Origin: Rebecca billardiae RCC1528 | Taxonomy: Eukaryota > Protista > Haptophyta | Length of the DNA: 64,000 nt | NCBI GenBank assembly: GCA_965240325.2 | Contig: OZ251230.1 | Span: 1,612,001-1,676,000 of the forward strand | Direction of reading: 5' to 3' | Shown here: positions 12,293 to 23,735 of the stretch, one piece after another | How positions within the stretch are numbered: the first letter of the stretch is position 1 | Layout of the letters: each line of letters starts with the position of its first letter | The notes under the pieces: model-generated | The model's input: the letters and a program-made list of their open reading frames with translations, nothing else | What the model was told of the DNA's origin: nothing | Databases searched by the model: none | Translations under genes and position numbers: made by a program

Positions 12293-12296
<4 letters not shown>

Positions 12297-12369
<73 letters not shown>

Positions 12370-12377
12370 GTATGTAT
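12297..12377. repeat. (TA)n and (TATG)n microsatellite
   Basis: Directly visible. Confidence 0.95.
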
Positions 12378-12486
12378 CGACGATAGCAGTCGTCGCGTCG
12401 GCGTATAGCAGTCGTCGCGTCGGCGTAGCTATTTCGTCTGCTTTTTGGTAATGAACTGGTCACTGGAGTTGAGTCTGGTTTCGCCC

Positions 12487-12675
12487 ACGGGCGCTGGCGC
12501 GCCGCGAGCTAGGCGGCCGCAGCCCTCATCCGCAGGCCTCGCAGGCGGACGGCTGAACGCGGAACCCATTCTGATGGCGCTACCATCGGCGACGGCTTCA
12601 TGGGCGATGACAGTTGGCGGGCGTCAATCTCGCCTGCCTAAGCTGTGTGCGTAGCTCTTATTCTTAGTCAACTGT
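12487..12675 (+). repeat. Dispersed ~185-bp repeat, copy 1 (copy 2 at 52977-53153)
   Basis: Shared blocks GGCGCTGGCGCGCCGCGAG...GGCGCTACCATCGGCGACGGCTTCATGGGCG...GCGTCAATCTCGCCTGCCT...CTCTTATTCTTAGT in the same orientation. Confidence 0.85.
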
Positions 12676-12941
12676 GAGCGTGTGCCTCCGAGCGCGGGGC
12701 GGCCGCTTGCCGCTTGGCGCTTGCTCATTGCTGCCGAATGGCCGCCTCGATGAGGTGCGCGGCAACGCGCCCCTCACCTGCCTGCGCCGGTCTGTTTTGT
12801 GGCGGTGTCTTTGTGCAGTGTTGGATGGCGCCAATCACGCCTTAACCAAGTATGCACGTTGAAACATAGTCATAAACTGTAGGCTTCCGAAGTGCACTGC
12901 AATACTGGCCTGGATCCGTTGGGCTTCGGCAGGCTGCAGCT

Positions 12942-14680
12942 TCACGCGAGCCGCTGCTCGAGGGCTGTGATGTACTCGAGCTGGTCCTGGCTCATGCCAC
13001 CTGCGGAGCTGCGAGCCGGGTGAGCGCGTGTGTGTGACAAGGGCCGGGTGGCAGACGCACATGGTGAGAAACCAGCAGAGATGGCACGCGCGCGTCAAAC
13101 CAGCTGCCACACGCGCGCGCAGCAGTCTGCAGTGCGGCCCGACCACTCACGTACCTGGAGCCTGATGCGGCCACCAGCTCAGCGCTGATCCACTGCCGCA
13201 TTACGCGCGTGCTTGCGCGGTCAGCCACCTGCTCGGCCAGCTGCAGGTGCGAGCGAATGCGCTGCAGGTCGTCCTTCAGCTGCTCGACTTTGCGATCGCG
13301 CTCATGCTGAGCAAGCTCGAGCTGCGCGCGCGTGCGCTCACTGCGCTGCAGGTCGTCCTTCAGCTGCTCGACTTCGCGCTCGCGCGCATGCAGCTGCAGT
13401 GTGAGCTCGGCCGTGCTTGAATCCTTGGCCGCAGTGGGCTCGGCGCGCGCATGCAGCACGCCTTGGTGGCGTGTGCGCTCGGCGCCGGGAGCAAACGACG
13501 TCGCACGCGTCGCCGGCAGATGATCGCCGGTGCCTCCTCCGGCCCGTGCGATTTGCACCGTGGGCACAGCGGGCGGTACGTCGGAGTGATGGCCGCTTCC
13601 GCCAACAGCGATGACCATGCACGTGCCCTGCCCAGCATGCTCGACGCGCGGCTGCGCGGCGCGCCCACCGATCGGCTGCGCCTCGTTGTTGTCTGCGCGG
13701 TGCTTGAGCTCGTCTGCTGCTAGGGGGCGATGCTGCTCCACCTCTACAGTCGTCGACATCGCGCGATGCTGGTGCGCGCAGCCCTCGTTCCGCCTGCACT
13801 CCTCCGGCCTCGGAAAGTTGAGCGGCTTGCTGCCGACGAAGCGCTTCTTGCGCACGAGATCGTCGTACGCGTGAGCGGCCTCCTCGGCAGTCGCATATGC
13901 ACCTTCGGCTCGATAAATCAAACTCTTGTGTTCGAACTTCACAACCCACTTGCAAGCAGGCCTCTTGTTGTCGATGACCACGCCCACAAAGCCATGCTTC
14001 GGTGCTCGCGCGATGGAGCTGCTCGGGTGTGGCTCAGTGGCCAGCGCGGGGCTGTCCTCACTCGGGCCCGTCCACCCGAGCGGATCGCCTTCCTTGAACT
14101 CATCCGCCTCCTCGTCCTCCTCCCCGCGCTGCTGAACGCCAGCGCCGCCCGGTGCGCGGCCGTGGCCGAGCGCGGCCTCGGCCTCCGTCGGGAAGTTGAG
14201 CGGCTTGATGCCGACGAGGCCATGCTTGCGCACGAGCTCGTCGCCAGCGCGGGCCGCCTCCTCCGCGGTTGCATACGACATCCGCGTATAGTACCTTGCG
14301 TTGCGGTGCCTCGTCTCCCACCGCCATGGCTTTGTGGATGCGTACCGCCGGTCAAAGCACAAGCCGTAGTAGTGCTGTCCAGCATGACCGACGCCCTCGG
14401 CAAGCTGCGGCTCGCGTGCGCGGAGGGATGGGTCCGGCCTAGCATCATCTCTCACGTCGCCGCTCTTCGCGCGCGTCAGCTCGTTCTTGGCCCTCTTGAC
14501 TGCTGGAGCAGACTCGCGTTCCTGCAGCGCGTGCTCCGCAGCGCGCTCACGCTCGGCGCGGAGGGCGAGGAGGGCCAGCCCATGCACAGAGGACGAGCCT
14601 CGCTGCTTCGTCTTTGACAGCTGACCATCAGCGCCTGCATGGCCATGCACGTCGTCTCCGCGCTCTCCGTCACGCTCCAT
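12942..14680 (-). CDS. AP2-domain protein, paralog 1 (2 AP2 domains + C-terminal coiled coil); exons 14680-13155, 13008-12942
   Basis: YYGLCFDRR...PWRWE...YATAEEAARAGD...LNFP and FVGVVID...KWVVKF...YATAEEAAHAYD...LNFP match the AP2 fold signature. Intron 13154-13009 yields the last exon SAGGMSQDQLEYITALEQRLA*, homologous to the C-termini of the other two paralogs. Confidence 0.8.
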
Positions 14681-15069
14681 CGCCTGTCGAGTGCCGCGCG
14701 GTGAGGGGGGAGAGGGCACAATGCGTCGCGGCTCGCGCGTATGGTATTGTACTGGTCGGGCGCGCGAAGGCGCTGCGCACCGGCGCGACGCAGAGCGCTT
14801 CCCAGGCGTCCGGATCTGAGACTGAGAGATCGCGTCGCTGCAGTTAGCCCATGCGATTCTCGCCCGCCGCTTGATAGTGTCCGGGGCCGCGCCGGACGGC
14901 CGGGTGGGCACTGTCGTGACCAGGACTGGTGTGCCGTGTGCAATCAAAGGACCATCTGGTCCTTTGGTGCAATCCAGCAACTGAGCTCACAGTGAGCTGG
15001 TTAGAAGCTTATGTACCCCCATTTGGATGGGGGTAATGAAATAGCTTCCTGATCGTCATCACGCACACG

Positions 15070-15870
15070 ATGGCTCCGCCTGCGGCCGCCGCGCGCTTGC
15101 CCCGGCTTGGCTACTGGAACACGCGCGCCCTCGCGGAGCCGATCCGGCTGCTGCTCGCGCTGGCCGACGTCCAATTCGATGACAAGCGGTACGAAGTCGG
15201 CCCGCCGCCCGCATACGACAAGTCGTGCTGGGAGTCTGAGAAGCACAGCCTCGGACTCGCCTTTCCGAACCTGCCATACTGGATCGACGACGCGCGCGGT
15301 GTGAGGCTCACGCAGTCGCACGCGATCCTGCTGCACATCGCCGAGACGCACGGGCTAGCAGGCACCACGTCCGTCGAGCGCGCCGCGTCGATGCAGGCGG
15401 TCGAGTCCGTGCGCGACTGGCTCTACTCGCTGTTCGACGTGACATACGCCAACGCGCCGTGGATGGCGGACATTGACGAGGGCGTGCACGTCGAGGGCGC
15501 CGCGCAGGCGTCGAAGCGGAGCGCGCGCTTCGATGCGATGCGCGCAAAGTACGAGAAGGGGGACCTCCTCCGCCACCTTCGCACCTTCGAGGCCGCGCTC
15601 GCGCTGCGCCAGCCCTCGCCCTGGATCAGCGGTGGCACGGACGCGACTGTGGCCGACTGCTCGCTCTTCGAGTGCGTCGACCAGCATGCCCTGCTCTGGC
15701 CGGCGATCTTGGAGGGCGACGAGTGGCCGCTGCTGCGCGCACACCACCGTGCATTCGCCGCGCTGCCGAAGATTGCCGCGTACCGCACGAGCGACCGCTT
15801 CAAGGCGGAACCCGTGCACAACAAGTATTCGCACCTGCACACCGGCTGGGTGCAACGAGCAGCCAGCTAA
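15070..15870 (+). CDS. Glutathione S-transferase, Mu-class-like
   Basis: LGYWNTRALAEPIRLLL, Mu-loop YEVGPPPAYDKSCW, LGLAFPNLPYWID, LTQSHAIL. Intronless 266-aa ORF. Confidence 0.9.
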   Translation: MAPPAAAARLPRLGYWNTRALAEPIRLLLALADVQFDDKRYEVGPPPAYDKSCWESEKHSLGLAFPNLPYWIDDARGVRLTQSHAILLHIAETHGLAGTTSVERAASMQAVESVRDWLYSLFDVTYANAPWMADIDEGVHVEGAAQASKRSARFDAMRAKYEKGDLLRHLRTFEAALALRQPSPWISGGTDATVADCSLFECVDQHALLWPAILEGDEWPLLRAHHRAFAALPKIAAYRTSDRFKAEPVHNKYSHLHTGWVQRAAS

Positions 15871-17272
15871 GAACCAAGGTCAGCTTTCTGATTATGGCTG
15901 GCAACACCTCCGTCTCATCGCACCGCGGGGCGGGCATCCATCGCTGCGACGGCCGCCCCGACGAGGTGTGCCCCAGGCGGGCTGGGCGGCAACGCACGCC
16001 CTCTCGGCCGCTGACCGTCTGCGGAGCGCGGTGCCTAGCACCACCACAAGTTCTTCAGCCGGTGCTCGGGCGGTCGGTCAAGACTTACAATGGCGGCGTT
16101 TCGTGCCAGTGACGGCCTGGCCTGTGCTGCCTGGTTTGTGCAGCCAGTTGATGATGATGTTCGGTCGGTTGACGCAATTCGTAGCGGCAGTGCCAGTTCG
16201 GACTGTTCTAACTGAGTTCACTCTGTTGCCAGTGCACCGTCTAACCGCACACGGCGGTATCATGTAGTCACATCACTGATTCCGCGCGTCCGACTACTTA
16301 ATAATAACTAATTCGCGAGTATATCGGCACGGCTCGCGGACGGACGGACGTCAGTCACGGCTGTCGTCGCCTCCGGCCAAGAGGCAAGACTACAAACAGA
16401 AATAGCTATATATATATATATATAGTTGCACTGCACTATATGCAGATGACTGCTGTCACTGCGGCGGCCGACAGTCCCGGACCCGGTAGTGACGGACTAG
16501 CTCCGATTCCGACTTGCAGTCCCCGGCAGAGGCCTGCATCATAAATCCGTCCGAATATTCTGAATTCTCAGCAGATCTGAGTCGGATGACACTTCAGATG
16601 AGGATGCACAGACACTGAGGACCGAGCACGATACATCGTCATTGTCTGAGTCCAATCATTATATATATATCATGCTGAAACACCCGTTCGCTACGCGCAT
16701 CAAGCGCGCGCCGCGATCTGACATAATAATGCCTTCGCTGCTGCTGACTGACTGACTGGATGACACAGATAAGTCGGGCTGACCGTCTGGCTGACGAGGC
16801 GCACGTCAAGAGGCGCTGCTAAAGAAGGAGACGCACATCGCCCTTCCTAGTTCCTGCCGGCAAGCTGAACGCTCTAGGTGTAGATCTACACCTGTGCCGA
16901 GTGCGCGGCGCAGAGCAGCACACAGAAGTACACTAGACAGCCGGATGACGGATTGACGGGCCGACGGACGAATCCGGATGCCGGGCCGGCACGCCTCGTC
17001 CGGACCCGGAAGAGAATCGCATGAACCAAATGGAAATATCCAACTGAATTGCACAAGTCTCATACCCATATACCCAAGTCAGTAATTTAGTCACTACGAC
17101 TATAATTGGAACAATCAATCTCGGCCAATGATCACTCCCTCATGCGCCACGTCTGACGTCGTGGAGGCGTCGTCGTCGCCCAGGTTCGGCGCGTGCACGC
17201 CTTCGCGCCGGGACCAAGTGCGCGAGCCAAGGGAAAGCTCAAAGCTCGCAGTTCCCGCTCCCCCCCGTGGCC

Positions 17273-19747
17273 ATGGAGCGTAGCGAAGCGGAGCGCGGAG
17301 ACCGCGTGCACGACGATGGCAGCGTGGATGGGCAGCTTCATGCGCCGACAAATCGCTCGGTGCATGGGTTTGCCCTCCTCGCCCTCCGCGCTGAGCGCGA
17401 GCGCGAGCGCAGCGCACGCGCTGAGGACGTCGATGACGAAGCACGCGCGCTGCAGGCGCGCGGGGCTGCTGCCGCGGTCAAAGGGGGCGAGCATGCGCCG
17501 ACGCGCGAGACGAGCGGCGGCGGGCGCGAGGACGCCAGCCTGGCGCACGACGACGAGCCGCGGGGAGCCGCAGAGCCGCTGGCCACGGGCCCACAACACC
17601 ACGATAAGTGGTACGACTGGACGCGCGAGGATGACGACGCCGAGACAGAGGTCTCGGACGAAGATGAGCAGCGCGAGCAGCCCGCCGCTGTCGATGCGCG
17701 GGGCGTGACCTCCACGCACCCAAACCTCGAACTGCCGCAAGAGGCCGGCGTGCGGGCTGGGCGTCGCACCGCGTTTGTGGGCATCGTCATGAAGGACGGG
17801 CGCGGTGCACGGCGCCGGCCGCGCCCATGGTACGTCAAATTCCAGTACAACGGCCGGATGTACAACGGGTCGTCCGGGTACGAGGGGTGTGCCGGCTACG
17901 CGTCTGAGGTCGAGGCGGCTCGCGCCTACGACGAGCTCGTGCGCGACTTGCGCCTCGTCGGCAAAAGGCAGCTCAACTTCCCGGAGCAGAACGAGTGCGA
18001 GGCCAACGAGGGTGGGCTGCTCGGCACGGCGCGCGGCTTGGCGGCCGCCAGCGACGAGCGCCCTGATCCGCCCGCCGTCGGTGACGATTCGCGCGAGGCT
18101 CCGCCTCGCGCAGATCGCCCTCCCGGGCTCGCAATGCCACCGCTCAACATCACGCGCGTGCCGCGCAGCAGCTTCATCGGGGTACAGTTCGACCGGCGCA
18201 CCGCCGATGCCGAGCGGCCGTGGCGCGGGCAGTTCTGGTACAACGGCGTGCTGCAGCACGCTCCCGGGTTCTACGAGACGGCGGAGGAGGCGGCCCACAT
18301 GTACGACGCGCTCGTACGCGCGCTCGATCTCGTCGGCGTGCAGCAGCTCAACTTTCCCAGGCCGGATGAGCGCGAGGCCAACGAGCGCCGCGGACGGGGC
18401 AAGCGGGCGCGCACCGCTGCGCGCGACAGTGACCTATCAGCCGGCGATGCTTGCGCGGGGTCCGCTGCCGAGCCCGCCACGTTCGATAGGGCGCATGGTG
18501 CGCTGGGCGCTGGTAGTGCGATCGGCGCTGACGGCCAAGACTTGCCACCCGCACGCGAGCCGCAGCTTGCCGAGGACGTTGGGCATGCGGGACCACGCAG
18601 CAGTTGCAGCGGCCTCTACGGCTTGTGCTTCGATCGGCGCCATGCAGGCACAAAGCCATGGCGGTGGGAGACGAGGCACCGCAACGCAAGGTACTATACG
18701 GAGATGTATGCAACCGCGGAGGAGGCGGCCCGCGCTGGCGACGCGCGCCTGCGCGAGCTTGGCTTCGTCGGCATCAAGCCGCTCAACTTCCCGACGGAGG
18801 CCGAGGCCGCGCTCGGCCACGGCCGCTCACCGGGCGGACCTGCTGGCGCGGCAGAGACCGCGGAGTCAGAGTCAGAGTCGGAGCCGGAGTCGGAGGTGCG
18901 TGGACTCGACGAGCGTGATCCGCCGAAGCAGATGCAGCGTGACGGTGGCAGCCCTGCGATGGCCCCAGCGATGGCCTCTGCACCAAACGCAAGCAGCGTC
19001 GTCGCGCTAGCACCGAAGCATGGCTTTGCAGGCGTGATCATCGACAACTCGAGGCCTGCACTGCGCAAGTGGGTTGGGAAGTTTACACACAACCGTGTGA
19101 AGTATCAGGCCAGAGGTGGACATGCGACTGCCAAGGAAGCCGCTCGTGCGTATGACGATCTCGTGCGCAAGAACCACTTCGTCGGCATCAAGCCGCTCAA
19201 CTTTCCGACGCAGGAGGAGTGCAGGAAGCAGTACGAGGGCTGCGCGCAGCAGAATCGCCCTGCTGCAACGCCTGAGGGCAGTGAGGCGGCGCAGCATCAG
19301 CGTCGCCCTCTCGCAGCAGACGAGCTCGTGCGCCGCGCTGGCGACAGCGATGCTGCGCAGCCGACTGGCGGATGCGCCGCGCAGCCGCGCGCCGAGCATG
19401 CTGCGCGTGGCCCGCGCCCCGGCACCGCCGTCGACTGGAGCGCCAATCGGTCTGTGCCGCCCGTGCCCACGCGCCTGACGGTGCAAATGCCAAGCCCACT
19501 GGCCGCGGGTGGCACGGGCGATCTGGCGGCGCGAATCGCGTCGCTGGAGGCCAGCGCCGAGGACGCACGCCGCCGAGACTTGGGTGGCGTGCGCGCTGAG
19601 ACCGCTGCGGCCGAAGAGGCAAACATCGCCGAGCTAACGCTGCAGCTGCGTGCGCGCGATCGCGAAGTCGAGCAGCTGAACAACGTGATCCAGGCCCAGC
19701 TCGCATACATACGAGCCCTGGAGAATAAGCTACTTGTGAATCTGTAA
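17273..19747 (+). CDS. AP2-domain protein, paralog 2 (4 AP2 domains + short coiled coil), intronless
   Basis: Four repeats of (F/Y)xG....W......Y/H.(T/S)..EAA...D......G...LNFP; ends QLAYIRALENKLLVNL. Confidence 0.85.
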   Translation: MERSEAERGDRVHDDGSVDGQLHAPTNRSVHGFALLALRAERERERSARAEDVDDEARALQARGAAAAVKGGEHAPTRETSGGGREDASLAHDDEPRGAAEPLATGPQHHDKWYDWTREDDDAETEVSDEDEQREQPAAVDARGVTSTHPNLELPQEAGVRAGRRTAFVGIVMKDGRGARRRPRPWYVKFQYNGRMYNGSSGYEGCAGYASEVEAARAYDELVRDLRLVGKRQLNFPEQNECEANEGGLLGTARGLAAASDERPDPPAVGDDSREAPPRADRPPGLAMPPLNITRVPRSSFIGVQFDRRTADAERPWRGQFWYNGVLQHAPGFYETAEEAAHMYDALVRALDLVGVQQLNFPRPDEREANERRGRGKRARTAARDSDLSAGDACAGSAAEPATFDRAHGALGAGSAIGADGQDLPPAREPQLAEDVGHAGPRSSCSGLYGLCFDRRHAGTKPWRWETRHRNARYYTEMYATAEEAARAGDARLRELGFVGIKPLNFPTEAEAALGHGRSPGGPAGAAETAESESESEPESEVRGLDERDPPKQMQRDGGSPAMAPAMASAPNASSVVALAPKHGFAGVIIDNSRPALRKWVGKFTHNRVKYQARGGHATAKEAARAYDDLVRKNHFVGIKPLNFPTQEECRKQYEGCAQQNRPAATPEGSEAAQHQRRPLAADELVRRAGDSDAAQPTGGCAAQPRAEHAARGPRPGTAVDWSANRSVPPVPTRLTVQMPSPLAAGGTGDLAARIASLEASAEDARRRDLGGVRAETAAAEEANIAELTLQLRARDREVEQLNNVIQAQLAYIRALENKLLVNL

Positions 19748-19794
19748 TACATGCGGCAGCACGACTCGCCCCAATCATCAAAGGACCATGCCCC

Positions 19795-19797
<3 letters not shown>

Positions 19798-19852
<55 letters not shown>

Positions 19853-19880
19853 ATGTGCGTGTGTATGTATGTATGTATGT
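19798..19880. repeat. (CT)n and (TATG)n microsatellite
   Basis: Directly visible. Confidence 0.95.
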
Positions 19881-20382
19881 AATTGTATCCATGTAAGCTG
19901 CTAGCTATTGTTACTTATTCATGACGAGCTAATAATGGCATACCGATTACCGTAGTCCGTCCCTAGCAGTCCTGCAGCGCCATCCGCGGACTGCTGGTGA
20001 CTGGTGTTCAAGGCGGCGGGACTGACAGCAATCGTCCAAGCTGCATGATAATTGAATCTGTCAGTGTCAGTTGACGCCTGGCCCCTAGTAATATATATAA
20101 AACCGATCCCCTTATTTATAATAACGGGCTTCGGACATTAGCGCGCCACGCGTCGCTCCGCCTTGGCATTATAATAATGCGCGGCCCGCCCGACGCATTT
20201 GTTATCTTAAAACTTGGGCGGTGAGTCTTAATTTTCGGCGTCTGGCAGCAGTTTATTTACTTAGCCCGTAACGGCCACTGTCCCTAGTGCCTCGCGCAGC
20301 GAGCAGGCCGTTACGGGCCTATTTATTACTTTATATTAGCAGATATATACCGTTCTGAGTAGCTAAGACTTTCAGTTCAGTA

Positions 20383-20540
20383 CAACGTGCGCGCACACTC
20401 GGCTCGGCAGGCGCCTGATAATGATTGACGCCATCCAACACTGCACAAAGACACTCACACCGCCACAAAACAGACCGGCGCAACAGGTGAGTGGGGCGCG
20501 CTGCTGCACCTAATCGAGATTCGAGGCGGCGGGCCATTGC
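20383..20540 (+). repeat. Paralogous 3' flank shared by AP2 paralogs 1 and 2 (inverted match to ~12740-12862)
   Basis: CGCCATCCAACACTGCACAAAGACA...CCGCCACAAAACAGACCGGCGCA is the reverse complement of ~12783-12832. Confidence 0.8.
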
Positions 20541-20965
20541 AGTCAGGAGACCCGCGTCGTCCTACCTGTGTCGTTAAATCATAGAATGAGTACAAGAACG
20601 GGCCGCCGCAGGCCGCGCTCGAGGACGAGGAGGCATGCGGCGCACGCGAATCGAGAGCGCGGGGAAGCATTGCTGCACCTAGATAATTAGTATATCTCCG
20701 CCATCACCTCGCGAGAGTGTAGCCGCGCCAAGCACCTGCCTGCGTTGTGAGCGCCGCCGTGTGGACTGATCTGTCTGAGATCGGCCCCCCCAGAGCGCGG
20801 GGATCGACGCCCCTCGGCCTGGACGCACGGCGAGCCGCGCGCCCCGCGCCGCGCTGATAGGAGAGCTGCGGCCGGAAACGGCGGACGAAACGGCGAAACC
20901 GCGTTTACCTGACCATCACTGGCCGCCGGCACACAACACGACGATGACTGGTCTGTATATATATA

Positions 20966-23158
<2,193 letters not shown>

Positions 23159-23735
23159 ATTCTGAGTTTCCAAACTCAACCACTCTGGTCTCTGGACCCA
23201 TGTCGCTGCCGGGTTCGATCGGCACAGGCGAAGGTGCGGTGTCCGCGCGCCTGGGCCTGGCCTTGGATCCTGGCTTCCTGTGGCCAGCGATCCGGCTGGT
23301 GCGTGAAGCATCTAGCATGGAGGACGTCGTCGTCTGCTGCCGTCTGGCAGTCCGCGCCTGCTGATAGTAGTCAGCTGTGCCACGAGCCTGCTGTCGTTAT
23401 ATCAAAATTGTTTGTAGTTCAGACCCCCGCCAGCTATTGGAGGTTGGTTACGTGAAATGCGCATACGCGTCATCCGGACCGCCTTGGCGGCCGGAGCCCG
23501 GAGGAGGCCAGGAGTCCGGAGCCAAGGCGGCTGGGTGCGTACCAGCCAACACTGGTCCGGACCCGGCAGAGAATCGCATGCTGGACTCGGCAAGTCACAC
23601 CCAACTGCAATGGTCATGGAAGTGACTGTTGATCATTGGGACCCTGCTCGTCCGGACGAATCGTGCGCGAGCGACCTCCTTGTGCGAGCCAAGCGAAAGA
23701 GGAAGGCCTACGAGCTCCTCCCTTCCCCCGTGGCC

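Noticed and set aside
15004-15048. SECIS element
   Set aside because: It lies upstream of both flanking genes rather than in a 3' UTR, lacks the canonical AUGA/GA quartet arrangement, and no in-frame UGA is needed in the GST.
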